Assembly (NCBI GenBank): GCA_965649765.1 | Contig: OZ287749.1 | Span: forward strand, 72,602,001-72,666,000 | Origin: Bispira polyomma | Lineage: Eukaryota | Length of the DNA: 64,000 nt | Direction: 5' to 3' | Part shown: one piece after another, positions 25,735 through 39,057 of the stretch | Position numbering within the stretch: the stretch's first letter is position 1 | Layout: every line of letters begins with the position of its first letter | Translations under genes and position numbers: made by a program | The notes under the pieces: generated by a model | The model's database searches: none | Told to the model about the DNA's origin: nothing | Seen by the model: the letters and a program-made list of their open reading frames with translations, nothing else

Positions 25735-26009
25735 GGGGTCTGTGACCTAGTGGTTAGAGTGTTTGACATTGCATGACAGGGTCCAAGGTTTGATCCTCGC
25801 TGCCAGCCTGGTTGTGCTCCTGTTACAGGGTCCCAGGTTGGATCCTCGCTGCTAGCCTGGTTGTGCTCCTGTGACAGGGTCCCAGGTTGGATCCTCGCTA
25901 CTAGCCTGGTTGTGCTCCTGTGACAGGGTCCCAGGTTGGATCCTCGCTACTAGCCTGGTTGTGCTCCTGTGACAGGGTCCCAGGTTGGATCGTCGCTGCT
26001 AGCCTGGTC
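25735..26009 (+). repeat. tRNA-like SINE head followed by a 49-bp tandem repeat (~4.8 units)
   Basis: Head ggggtctgtgacctagtggttagagtg; unit tgacagggtcccaggttggatcctcgctactagcctggttgtgctcctg recurs at 25774, 25823, 25872, 25921 and 25970. Confidence 0.9.
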
Positions 26010-28317
26010 ACTCTCAGCTCCCTAATTGGTTGACAAGTAGAAGGATGGGGATGTAAACTTTGATGTTGGATGATGCATCAGCAGAGGTGATATCAACTAT
26101 AAACCTACATTTACATTATTAGTCTATTGGTTCATTATAACCTATTACAGTACTTCCTTACTCATATTCCTTCCATCTCTGCAGTCGTGGGTTTGAATTT
26201 CAGCCCTGGCATATATGTAGGAACAGAAAATCTTGATCAACTACCCTGCTATAATTTCCTCCACCAGTGAATTGCCTATCGTGATATGACACCAGGTGTT
26301 ACACTATGATACACTAGCGATGATACACTAACTAAAATATGAAGATGTTATCTTTTTAAAATACTGAACACCATAACAGATGTTTTTGAAGCTATACATA
26401 GTCAACCAGAATTGTGTATGTTTGACCTTGACTACAGTGTGTTGGCTCTTTTTAAAATGATTTTGATAATTGAGTTTTGATGTCCATTTTGAAGAATCTC
26501 TACCTTATCAGAGTATTTGCAGAAGTGAATAATTTACAACCGAGTAGGTTTTTACCTTGGCCTTGTTGTAACTGACCTTATTTGTGACAAATGTTGCTAG
26601 GCGTCTGTGACATTTGTTGTGGGTTCTATGTTATTTGGGTGTACTCACCAAATATGGTAATAAATTACTTGTTAGTAATTGCAGTATATTTTATCAGGGT
26701 TTTTTTAAACATTGGAAAAATCCCATTGTAACAGATCATGGCAAAGAGTCATTTCAACAATTGTGAGAATGACAATTGTATCACTTCAGGCAATTTTCAG
26801 TAAACTTGTATAAATTTTGTTACAAAAAAAAAAACAAGGTTAAAATATCAGCTTTATTTATTTTCAAACTAATGACAATTGCGGTGGGGATTGGTTTTAT
26901 AACGCCCTAATCACATATTTTATTGTTACAACATTATATCAAATAGTTATTATTACAACATTTGTTTTGGATGTAGAATGTTTCAAAAGTGTTAAAATAT
27001 GTTTCCGAGAGATTATCTGTTAATGGCACAACAGTAATCAAATGTAAAATGAAATATAACATTGTTAGATATGTACCAAATTTACACACTTAATAATTAA
27101 AGCCCACATAGTATCTCCCAACAAAACTCGTATCAATGAATTATGTACTTAAAAACTTTTCATTGACATGATGATATTTTAAAATGTCATGTTAAGACCA
27201 ATAAAAGATGTGTAATCAGCCATTTTAAATATTTTAGCTCTAACTAGCCAACTAGACTTTAAAAATCGAAGCAGAGAACAAAACAAATTAATAATAATTT
27301 CATCACTACAGAAACATTGCATGAATACATTAATTTCAGGTGTTCTTAATTCACTTGCCAAATTAACTAATTATATTCTTTTAAACAAACCACGAAACAA
27401 GCTTGGCTGTCCCTGAGGAAAATTTAGACCTTAACCAAAACCTACAATGATAAAAGAGTTTAAATATAAGATTTTTCACAAGTATATAGTTAATATGCAA
27501 TTAGTTTGCCAAACTTTTACATCAGATGTTTGCAAAAATAGCCCATCATAAACTAAGAAAAAAATGTTTCTTTTTCTGAAACAAAGAAAACTCAATTTAA
27601 TTTTTAGAGGGGTTGAAATATACTTTAAACTACTACATATAAACATTTAAGCATGCTATCTATACACCAGAGGTGCGGGATTCAAACATACAACATTGGA
27701 ATGTATCATTTTGAGAGGGGGAAAAAAACGTCGCTTTAAAACGTCATTCTGGAATATATCATTTAAAATTCCAAATTATGAGAAACTACAGGTATTTTAG
27801 ATAATGTTATATTTATTTGGTCTGCATTCTTTTTAAATATGCCTTAAAACTATTGTAAAGATGTGACTTAATACTCAAATTACTTTTAAATATTGAGAAA
27901 TAGTAAAGTGCATTTAGTTTGGTAAATAATTAGTGTTTCGTTTGCAGGATATTTTTTTTTCACAAAGTTTGAATTTATCACAAAAGTATGTTCAAGCTCA
28001 ATCAGATGTCGCAGTGTTTTGTTACTAGTGTATTCTCACACATACAAGAAAATGTACATTGCTATTGTTTAGTAAATGATTACCCCTGGAAAGTCAACAG
28101 ACAAATGCAAGGACGATTACAACCACAACATTGGGTCTTATTTTGGTTTAAAATACATCTATCCGGTGATATAACCTGTTGATGTGTTGGTGTTTGAGGT
28201 GCATGAGCACAAATAGTATATAACATGCCTGTTATTAGTGCATATAATACCTGATGGTGTCCTTGGGGGGAAAAACAATCCTTGATTCTTTGTAAACCTT
28301 AAAGCTATGACATTTCT

Positions 28318-28481
28318 NNNNNNNNNNNNNNNNNNNNNNNNNNNNNNNNNNNNNNNNNNNNNNNNNNNNNNNNNNNNNNNNNNNNNNNNNNNNNNNNNNN
28401 NNNNNNNNNNNNNNNNNNNNNNNNNNNNNNNNNNNNNNNNNNNNNNNNNNNNNNNNNNNNNNNNNNNNNNNNNNNNNNNNN
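28318..28481. other. Assembly gap (164 N)
   Basis: Run of n characters. Confidence 1.
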
Positions 28482-29297
28482 TTTGCACAAAGGATACATT
28501 TTTTTTTAACTGAATAAACTGGCCATTTTAATCCAGGTCTTGTGTTTTTATCTTAGTTTATGAATATTCCTGCATTTTGGGCTGACAAATGAAAACTACC
28601 CCTGCACAGTTCAAATACTTCCTCTAATTGTACACGTATCAATCTATCCTTTGGACTTAAAGATGGTCCCGATTTCCTAGGACAGATGTAATTCAAACCA
28701 ATAGTGCTTGATATTACCAGTCTACACCACCCATTCACAAGTCACTTATGTACATACACATTGACAGGTCATCACTAAAAAAAATTAAGGGGTTTAAACA
28801 CATAATTTTTACAAATGTAACACACATATATATATATACCAATTTGATGTGACAACTTTACATAATGCCATCAGAAAGAGATTTGGTGGAAATAATTTCG
28901 GGCCTAATACATCATAAAGTACCTCTAAATGAGTTCTGATTTTTTTTTTTCTAAAGGATAAAATAGCATCTGCAAATGTTTAATCTGTGGGTATTTTCTC
29001 TTGACATTTCAATATATTCAATATTTTAATATGAAATCACTCCTAACACACTAGGTGGTAACAGTTGAGGAAGATGGTCTTTACTAGTTCCTGCAATTCA
29101 CTTAATAATACGAAATAAACTGATCTGAAAATATAATCTAAATTAGTATGAAAATACAGATTTATATCTCAGGGTTATTGCCATGAGGGTAAACAAAATA
29201 AATAGTGGTGAAATAGCAGGAATATTAACCTAAATTTTGGGAAGTAAATACTTTCAAGACAGTTTAACTTATTTTTTGTCAACAACAGGGAGAATGT

Positions 29298-29328
<31 letters not shown>

Positions 29329-30068
29329 AGGTATAGAATAAAATATATACACCTACAAACAATCATTAATTTGGAATGTTATTTTGCACTTATTTGGCAG
29401 TTTATAACATGAAGAAAAACCTTTAGAAGTTAGCTACTTAGGCTACAATATACACAAATTTTGATAAAATCATTGAGTTTACAATTTACACATCAGTTTT
29501 TTTTTTCAAACAATAAATAAGTAGTGGATGGAAAATATAATAATTGCCAATAACCCTAACAAACATATTCATAGATAAAATTTGTAAACTATATACAATG
29601 ATGTACATTGGTGTCAGTTAGTCTTAACTTTTGTATACTTATATGTACATATATTGTTAACAATGAGAGTGATGTTGTCGGGGTGAAACAGTATTTATCA
29701 AGTTCATGCGAAACCTCCCAACAGAATCTTCTTGAGAGCCTTATTAATAGTATCTTTTAAATGAGTACCTTTCTAAAATATGATTAATATATATTTCAAT
29801 GATATAAATTTTAAATCTAAACCAAAGAACAATTTTATTAGTTTTTAAAAATTGGCTTTTGAGTTCTTCAACATTGAATAATAGGTTTACAAATTTTATA
29901 TTTTTTGCATATAAAACCATTTACTGATATCAGTCCATTCAATATCCATTAGTTGTATATATATACATATATATTCCTAATACATAATAAATCATTGTTG
30001 GACTATATGCTTTCACTTGGTGGGTATCAACTTTGATTTTTATTGATGTGTGTGACAGCAGCGCAGTA

Positions 30069-30262
30069 TTACATCCCGAAGCCATGTTCCAGCAAGTTCT
30101 CAAAAATATATTTTACTTCTTCCCAGGCGCCAGAAGGCATGCCAATGTTCTCGAAATCTTCGGCATGATTGTCAGCCACTGCGCTCAGGGCATATTTTAA
30201 GTTGTTGAATTGCTTCTTGCTCAAGCGTAGATAGTTCTTAAATTCTTTCAGGTTGGGGCTGA
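30069..30262 (-). CDS. Terminal coding exon of prohormone-4 / IDLSRF-like precursor: (V)SPNLKEFKNYLRLSKKQFNNLKYALSAVADNHAEDFENIGMPSGAWEEVKYIFENLLEHGFGM*
   Basis: Acceptor ttttttcAG, phase 1, stop TAA; ending EVKYIFENLLEHGF resembles the DVKFFLEKLVNTGF end of insect prohormone-4. Confidence 0.9.
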
Positions 30263-30375
30263 CTGAAAAAAACAAAATAAAAATATATCATGTTAATTAA
30301 ATGTCTAAATTGTTGTTGTTGAAAACTCGCTAAGCATTCAAAATAAATAATTAAATATATTTAAATACATTAAGA

Positions 30376-30555
30376 GGGGCCATGCTGGCCTAGTGGTTGA
30401 AAGAGTTGTGTGAAATTTGTCGGGTACTGGACGTAGGCCAATGGTTTACAGTACTAGTGATTCAGCACTGCTTTCCTCCACCATCAAATCTGACAGTCCT
30501 GATATGACATTCGCTGTTGAAAGTGGCGTAAAACCCAACTAATTTAAATTTGAAT
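30376..30555 (+). mobile_element. Diverged, internally deleted SINE (family 1-related)
   Basis: ggggccatgctggcctagtggtt head; tttcctccacca...gatatgac...gttgaaagtggcgtaaaaccc tail. Confidence 0.7.
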
Positions 30556-31015
30556 ACAATAAATATTATTTCAATATATGGTTTTGAATATTTGGTTTTT
30601 ATTTTAGTTTATCTGTAATTTCTTTTTTTCTTTTTTTACATAAATAGTAATGCTTTCAGTTGTATTTGCACCTGCCCAATCTTAATTGCTTAAATATAAT
30701 AATCAAAAAACTGTCGTTGCAACTATTACAGAGCTACCAATATGTATATGTATTTAATTGTGATGTTAAAGTAATTATATGGAGCCATTGCTCCTTGGTA
30801 AAAGGTTGGTTGTATTTCATCTTTTTGACAAGACAATATATCAGAAACTAAATGGTAACTGTTCAACAGCTATTTTATGTTTAAGTTTTTTTTCTATGGA
30901 GTGGAACAAGCAAAAACTGTAGTGTTTTGTACAGCAGTTAACTTCAAAAGTTGTTAAATATAAAGCTAATCGAGATGCCACAATGAGTAGCAGCTTGAAG
31001 ATGAGCATACACCAA

Positions 31016-31361
31016 ATGTACAGCAGTACAGTAACATGATGCCAGTATAGTACCACATCCAGATGTACAACAGCACAGTAACATGATACCAGTATAGTAC
31101 CACACCCAGATGTACAGCAGCACAGTAACATGATACCTGTATAGTACAGTAACATGATGTCACTATAGTACCACATCCAGATGTACAGCAGCACAGTAAC
31201 ATGATGTCAGTATAGTACCACACCCAGATGTACAACAGCACAGTAACATGATACCAGTATAGTAGCCCACCCAGATGTACAACAACACAGTAACATGATG
31301 TCACTATAGTACCACACCCAGATGTACAACAGTACAGTAACATGATGCCAGTATAGTACCA
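31016..31361. repeat. 47-bp minisatellite (~7 units, one partial) in the last intron of the prohormone-4-like gene
   Basis: Unit atgtacagcagcacagtaacatgataccagtatagtaccacacccag at 31016, 31063, 31110 and onward. Confidence 0.93.
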
Positions 31362-32934
31362 AAAATATGAGACTGTTAAAAAAAACATGCGACTACAAAC
31401 ACAAAATACATATGACTTAAAACCTAAATGGTAATTGGACATGGGAATGTAGACCAAGGTGTGAGTGTGGTAATAAGATCAGTCAGTACAATCAGAATAG
31501 TAACCACTTAAGAGATATAACTGAGAGTTCTGCAGATACAGCCAAGTCACACAAAAGAGAGGCACTTTTGCATTGTTTGATTGCAAAAAAAAGTAAGAGA
31601 AACCAATTTGCTGACGTCAGTGTGTCCGTGCATGCTATATAATTACAATACAGCTGCTACTCTCATGTACTGTTGCTGTACTTTTACCAAGTTGTTACCT
31701 GACACCCAGGACCTATTTTCTCAAAAGCAACTCCAGTTCACACCAGACTCCACTCAAGTGAAACCAATGTGTCACTCATGTGGATGGAAAAAACCTATAC
31801 TTGTAACCAATGTCTGTTACATGTTTTGTATCTGTTGCAAGAGATATGGAGAACTTAGATTTGAGTCTGAGTTGAGCTTGAGACTTTTTAGGGGAATTTG
31901 ACCACAGGTAAATTGATGGAATGACACTTGACCCAGGACTAAATAGCAAACTCTCTGGATGCACTGGGTGCTCATTCAATCATTTGAGCCTGTTATCACA
32001 CTAGTTTATGAAGTGTTACACATAATTGACAACATACCAAGATGACTTGTTTCTACAGAATCTTTGCCCAATATTCATTCCTGTCATGTTTACATGCAGT
32101 ATTTTATCTGGATCTGGTTTCATAAAAAAAAACCAGTTATTGTGGCAGAAATATAATGCTATATTGTCTTAAAATGTCATACCCAATCAAAGATGAGGTC
32201 TATTTGTTTTTGAATAATGTTGAATTTTGTCAGGAGTGGAGTCAAATTATGATTCTCTGTTTTTCGTAGAAGTTTTAAAATCATTTTATCGTATGATTTT
32301 ATTCCCTTGTAACGTACAAGGAGTAATATTATTTGTATCATATTTTTCAGTTCCTAACACAAATTATAAATGTATATTTATAAATAGATAAATAACCTAG
32401 GAAATTAATAATTTTATCTGTGGTGAAGGAAACTGCAATACATCACCCATTATTTAGACGCCTGTTGCTTTCGGTGACATACCAGGCTGTCGAAAATCTT
32501 TACTACTTTTGGTACTTGATCTAATTATTTATCTGTAATGTGACGTTTAATGTGAAATGGGTTATGTCTGAGCAAGTGATGCTTGCCATATGTCACATTT
32601 TCTGAAGGCTAGTTCATGACTGTATTTTCACATAAGTACTACATAGCAACTTGAGTTAAGATAGAATTACATGATGTCCTGGTGTTTATAAATATTCGTG
32701 AATATCAGATCAATTAGCAGTTTGTTGCCTAGTCATTTTGTATTTCACCAAAACTTTTGTGAGGCTTCCTGCTAACATTATGGTTTTTCGTGTTAACAGT
32801 TCATCAGCAAAATAACTACACACTAAAAACTTTTACTTAAACTTCTCAACCAGTATTTGTTGTGAGCTTCGTGTAAAAACTAAATGTGTTTTATACCATA
32901 ATATTCACTGCTCATCTGACTCTTTCTTTGAATT

Positions 32935-33085
32935 TGAATGTATTTGGGTTTAACAGTGCTTCAACAGCTTTGGTCATATTGCGACGGCTCGGTTTAGTAG
33001 TGGAGGAAACAAATGGCCTACAACAAGTACCTGACAAGTTTTCTCACACGAAGTAGGAATCTGTGGGATTCTATCCCCAGAGGAG
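32935..33085 (-). mobile_element. Diverged SINE fragment (family 1-related)
   Basis: ttgaatgtatttgggtttaac...tcaacagc...tcatattgcgacgg...tggaggaaac is the reverse complement of the SINE tail. Confidence 0.6.
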
Positions 33086-34032
33086 CTCTTTCTTTGATAA
33101 TATTATAGATTTTGTAACTGTCATTACATACCATTGCCCACGCAAGTGTAAGATAGCAGTGATGTCTTTTTTACAATGAACACTTTATTTAAATATCAAT
33201 ATTTTTGCCCTTTTATTCAATATTTTTGGAATATGGGTCTACGGTTAGATAGGGTTGTCAAAATGCATTTAAAATAAAAAGTGTAAATTACCATTTAGTG
33301 AGTGATGTATTGCTCACTAGAATTTGTAACTGTTTTGATATTGATATATCTGGACATCTGGGATGTTATACAGTTAAAATCAATTCACAGTAAGTTGAGA
33401 CCTTAAAAATTGTCGCAGGATAAAAAAAACCTCCAGTAAGTTACTTTTTATTATCCCAAGGTCTCTGGAATAGAAGCAGGTGACTCACTGAAATCTAATT
33501 ACCACGACCAGTTCATTTCCGGTTTGATGTAATGCTCTTTGACTTATGAAAGATATTCAAAGGAGTGTGGAAACAGTTCTTGTATCACAAATAATTCATA
33601 TTTTACCTTGATAAATTAAATTAGACCTTTCACGCCCCCAAAGAGTTATCAAATAGAAAATTCTATGACACTCGATACACTATGAGAATTATAAGGCAAG
33701 CCACAGAAACTCATTTGTTTTAAATGGCACGTTTTTGGGTATAGGATGTGGTAGTTGATGTTTTCGAGGCTGACCTTTCAAATATATAATTCAATAGTTA
33801 TGCTTGTATTAGTCAGTTAGGCTCTCTATCTCTAGGTTAAAGAGGTATATGTGTATGATGACTGATTTGTAGTAATAATTCTTTACACCTATAGAAATTT
33901 TTTTTAAAAAGATAGATGATTTAAGGGTATATACACACAGGCCAGACCAAGATTTGTATTAGCCAATGATCAAGAGGTAGTAGTAAGATGCAACAAGATT
34001 ACAGATTAATCATATTTGCCAGTATAAATAAC

Positions 34033-34250
34033 CAGCACAAGGCTAGCAGTAAGAGTCATTTCTCTTGTTGGTGCTCAGGCTGAGTATACTGGAGAACATG
34101 GGGGGGGGGGGGGCATCCTGGCTAGGAAACTTTAAAACTTAAATACTGTATACAGTTTTGAGATATAGTAGCATTATAGTGTGCATTTTATGAAATACAA
34201 ATTGGGGCCTTGTTGGTGTAGTGATAACACACTTGTCTTCCACCTTCACT
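34033..34250 (+). repeat. Left arm of a ~220-bp inverted duplication (partner 36320-36526)
   Basis: catcctggctaggaaac...gttttgagatatagta...tgtgcattttatgaaatacaaattg matches the reverse complement of 36377-36470; similarity continues into a SINE head. Confidence 0.8.
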
Positions 34251-34409
34251 GTCTATGCATCTTTTCGCAGTAGACTTACTGAAGGTTGGTGGCTCGCAGA
34301 GCAGAAAATCTCGGCCAACTATACTATTTTTATTTACTCCACCAGTGAACTACCCGTCATGATATGAATCAAATGTGTTAAAAGTGACATTAAACCCAAT
34401 TTAATCTAA
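34205..34409 (+). mobile_element. Diverged SINE (family 1-related) with possible acaaattg TSD
   Basis: gggccttgttggtgtagtgataacac head, gacttactgaaggttggtgg body, aaagtgacattaaaccc tail; acaaattg on both flanks. Confidence 0.7.
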
Positions 34410-36319
34410 ACAAATTGCTATACATGTGACATACTATTTATTGAAAGAAGGAAATACAGGGGGGGGGGGGGGGGGGCATTTAATGAATTAAAAGGCTATG
34501 GTGTACTGATGTCACATAATTACTAATAATTTGTCCTTGAATATATATATATATATATATTACTGTACATGGAATTTAAATGGATCCGAATTCAATTATC
34601 CAAGACTATGACTTTAGAATATCAAAGATTATTTTTTTAAATACAAAATATAATAAAATGGATGCTGTTTAGATTAAGACCACGTTTTCTTCGCAAAAGT
34701 TTGGCTATATTATTACATAATGCAGGGAAACACCTCAAGGTTTCCCACTAAACAGACACACAGTAAAAAGCACACCCCATAGAACTATCCATCAATTAAG
34801 TCCTGAAAATTTTATGAGCACAATTGCTTGTTCAATTGATGCTGTTGCAGTGGCTCTGATGTAGCCTTGTTCTGGCCAGATTTGTTAGGTACTAATACAA
34901 TCCTTCCATTGTACTTCTCTTTATTTTAGCCCCTTTGTTCATTGCTTGAAAAAGGTCAAATGGGATTGCAATAGCGGGACGAAACAAGACCTTGGGAATA
35001 ATGGTCAGAAGTAAGAGTTGGCATTGATGACTGGAAACACTCTGAAATTCAACTCTGGACACAATAATTAAATCGATAGTCATTTGATAGTGCACATCCT
35101 ATAATATTCGTGATTTTGTTAACAGAGTGTCTTACATGTGTCTACTCGTTTGCAAATTATGACATTCTATTATTTCAAGCATATAAAGCGTGTTGTTAGG
35201 ATAAATATTTATATTCAGAGTGGCATACAAAGATGTACTTACAAGAATTAACATTAATAATCATAACTGGTCAAACTTATCAAATTATTGATTAAACATG
35301 TGCAAGATGATGCTTTTTTGCCATATACTAAATGTATGTATTGTTTCTATCCAGGAGCAGCTGATCGTGATACGACACAAACTTATTGAAAGCTATGAGA
35401 AACCCAAATTAAACAAGCCATTAAATACACATAAAATTAATGAAACATCGGTACCAGCCTCAGAAAGGCAACCTTAGGTCCAATGTCGACCCGACTGGTG
35501 AATTGTGTTGAAACTATTCATGAATTCCCTCATTTCGGTTGGGGACATTATTCCCGCATTTGTGTGGGTCTTTGTAAATGTTATGTATGTGTGTTTCATA
35601 GATATCTGATTTTTATCAGGCCATTGCAGATAGTTTGGACTTAATTTTAGTGCCTCATCTTAGTCTGAAACAATATAAGTTTTAGGCTTATGCTGTTGCA
35701 GTATTTTTAGGCAATATACAATATTATCAGTGGGAAAAAATTGTCAGAAAAAAAAACCTTTCAGATTGGAAATAGATGCAGATATTTGACGTTTAACTAA
35801 ATTTTACATAACTAATAGTTTCTTTTCGCATATAACTGACAACATTAAGGTCGGCCTCTTTCGTAAAGAAACAACGGAATGTCTAATAGATTTTCATCAA
35901 GTATTCTATTTTATACCGGCTTCGTTACTAACAAAGACATTTTATTGCTGTTTGCTGTTTGAATAGCACCATGCGTGATAAAGAACAATTAAACAATGTC
36001 ATCAGCATACAAGATAATAATAGGAGATGCACTCTGCAAATATAGATGTTTTTTATTTGTTATTTAACATCAGTATGTTATTGTATGACAGAAAATTGTC
36101 CATAAAACATTTTTTTCTAGTCTTGGAGGATTCAACCAGACATATGTTGAAATTTACTTGAAGCCTTTTTAAACCCGTATATATATATATATATCACCAA
36201 AATGCAGATAATAGTATATACAACATAAAAATGACTGTAGGCATAAAATTTCCACTCATTACATCACAGCTAAATATGTCCTACCTCTATGTGAAGCATT
36301 TTAACTCGATTAAGACCTG

Positions 36320-36526
36320 ATGGTTGAGGTGGGACGCAAGTGTGTTCTCACTAGACTAACCAAGGCCCTATCTTACAATTTGTATTTCATAAAATGCACA
36401 TGTAAACCTTTACTATATCTCAAAACAGTACACCATATTTAATTTTTACTGTTTCCTAGCTAGGATGTCCTCTAGTGTACTCCTCCAGAGCACCTGCAAG
36501 TGAGACTTCCGGCTAGCTTAGTGCTG
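36320..36526 (-). repeat. Right arm of the inverted duplication (partner 34033-34250)
   Basis: caatttgtatttcataaaatgcaca...tactatatctcaaaac...gtttcctagctaggatg...gctagcttagtgctg. Confidence 0.8.
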
Positions 36527-37634
36527 AATTGAAGAAAAGAAGGGAGCTTCACAAAAGTAGGGGATATGTGGGTGTACTTTGGGTGACGATTAGAACTTGA
36601 TTAACACTGCCATATAACGCCACTGTTCATTTTTTGAAGTTAAAGTAATTTTTTTGGGGGGGATTGGGATTACTTTTGGTTGATTTCATTTCAACAAATG
36701 ATTACAAATACCACAAAAACTGTGTTTCTAGTGTTGTTTTTTCAAATAAATAATTATCTTTAGACTGCCTTGATGTAAGGAAACATTGAAGAATCTCACC
36801 ACATCAAGTCACTTACCACCGTGTTAATCATCACTGAAATAATTGGTTCTGTCTGATTAAATGTTGGGTTCTAAAAGCCTCTATCTCTCTCTGTATATAG
36901 ATCTCATCCAGTATTTTAAATTTACCTTTTTTTTAGTAATATTTTGATTGTTCCTTTTTTGTATAAATGTTCAAATGTTGTGAGAATAACATATTTTTAA
37001 TAGTTGTTTTGTGGGTCATATTGTGTGGGCCACAGCTTACGATATATTTGAAATAGGCTTTTAACATTTTTGGTTGCAATCTTTAAACCCTTATAGTCAT
37101 GAGGTGAAGGGGTGGGGCTGGGTTGTGTTTTGGGATCACATTTGCCGTCATCTGCAGTCGTGGGTTCAAATCTTGTCCTGGCATTTATATAGGGAGCTTG
37201 GTAGTCCCTAAGTCCTTGACCAACTACCCTTCTCTCTACCAGTGAACTGATCGTCGTAATATGACAGAAGATGTGTTTAAAAGCGCAAACTAAATTAAAT
37301 TATTGAGGTGGAGTAGCTGTGACCATGTGTTTGTACATAAAGATTTTATTGTGGCACATTAAATGTGCACGTTAAATGTTGTAATGGATGAATAAGAATT
37401 CTAAAAATTTGTAATAGTATCGTAACATGCAACTATTGATGGAGGAAAGGTACAGTACAGGATATATGGTCAAGGTTTTTTGGAGATATGCAGTGCCAAC
37501 CTCTGGTCATCCGGTAGTCTACTGCAAACATTCCCACATATACGCTGGGGTCTAGAATCCACCCCAACTCCAGAGGTGGATGTCAATATCATCACCCAAC
37601 CAAAAAGCCTCTGTATTGGTAGTTCTGTACTCAC

Positions 37635-37748
37635 CCGCCATTCCATGTGCCACTTCTTTAATCGCTTTACCAGGGAAAAGCCTAGGCATGATCCACTTTT
37701 GTTGTTTTACAAGAAAACTCTTGATTTCTTCAATTGGTGGTCGCAAAG
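37635..37748 (-). CDS. Internal exon (phase 1-1) of prohormone-4-like precursor: (S)LRPPIEEIKSFLVKQQKWIMPRLFPGKAIKEVAHGMA
   Basis: Acceptor tttgttttcAG, donor G|GTGAGT; 114 nt; RPPIEE..SFL matches RPPVEETASFL of prohormone-4. Confidence 0.92.
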
Positions 37749-37954
37749 CTGAAAACAAAGAGGGAATTACTTGTTTATATTTTCTTTATCATAATTGAGA
37801 TCCACACTCAACCTCTTGAATTGAACTACTCATCCCAATATTTTTCTAAGATGTGCTTAATATTTAAATATATAATTACTTAAACGTATCTAATATTACA
37901 ACCTCTTCAAGCAACTTGCTCTTCTTTTGGCAATGTAATGCAACAACTTCTATA

Positions 37955-38210
37955 TTTGAATTTGAATTTGGATATTTAACGTCTACTCTAGTACCTTTTA
38001 GTAGGTTATATTGGGATGGGTAGTTGGAAACGCTGGAGGAAACACTGCATACAGTCGGTCAAGGTTCTGCAGAGAAACCAGAGGCCCACAGTAAGGAACT
38101 ACCACCTTTCCCACATAAGCATCGACGGGATTCGAACTCACGCCGCCCAGAGGTGGGAGACCAGTGATTGTGAAGCGCAATGCTTGCTAACCACTAGGCT
38201 ACCACGACCC
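37955..38210 (-). mobile_element. Young tRNA-derived SINE, family 1
   Basis: Perfect 16-bp TSD tgcaacaacttctata (37939-37954, 38211-38226); B box GTTCGAATC; (TTCAAA)n tail. Confidence 0.96.
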
Positions 38211-38789
38211 TGCAACAACTTCTATAGCGACTGCACAACCTTATCCTGAAATGACCAAGACCAGTTTGCACCAAAAATATCTGTGTTTTTTTGTATAGTA
38301 GCCTTTACCAACTTACAAATTTGTTTTAAGCATTATTGACGGTAGATTCTTCACATACCATAGGAGGGACACATTTTATACTAATAACAAAATACATGTT
38401 ATGTAACCAGGACTGTAATTAAACTCCAATATATGAGGCTAAAATAGCTACCAAATTGCAGTAATAACCACAGCAAGCAATTTGTGCCATTCTACTGGAG
38501 AAGAAAATGCTAAGTAACTGATACCAATGTCCTTATATAATATATATATATATATTATAAATACAACATCCTATGTTTCGTTATTTCCACCCATACAAGA
38601 AAAGTCATACCCTTTGTGATTAAACTGGAACATAACTTACAGCCAGTGAAATTATGACGACAAAGGTTTGTCAGGCAATTAACACGAGGGCCATTTAAAT
38701 TTTTACATTGGCCCTTAATCAATAGACCGCTTCCTCTACCATATTCTGTGGAAGCAGTAGACAAGTCTTTCTTAGCTAGAAAGAAGAGT

Positions 38790-39057
38790 TTAATGCTGAG
38801 TTAACTATGCAAACCTTCGGACAGCTCTTTTGATGACTCTTTGGTAACACTGCACAACTTGTGACCACTTGGACAACTTAGCCTAAATCATATCTGCTTG
38901 TTGCGGAACTTGTGACGAATGTTGCACATATTTTAGACCAAGAGCCCACCAGAGTTTTATACAGACTTGTGAGTCCCGCAGAGACCAACTGCAGTTATCC
39001 AGTATTCAGTGACTGACATGTGCTAAAACTGACTGGTTTTGTGTGTGACCGCAGCTT
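38790..39057. mobile_element. Old non-autonomous DNA-transposon-like repeat related to 53385-53798
   Basis: ttaatgctgagttaact...agctct...gatgac...taacactgcacaact resembles the reverse complement of the 53720-53798 end. Confidence 0.4.

Noticed and set aside
28159-28513. Poly-X ORFs
   Set aside because: They span the assembly gap.
30841-31457. 117-aa and 163-aa Cys/Tyr-rich ORFs
   Set aside because: Artefacts of translating the 47-bp minisatellite.
37998-38249. ORFs sharing GSWKRWRKHCIQ with 22793-23074
   Set aside because: Chance open frames in SINE family 1 copies.
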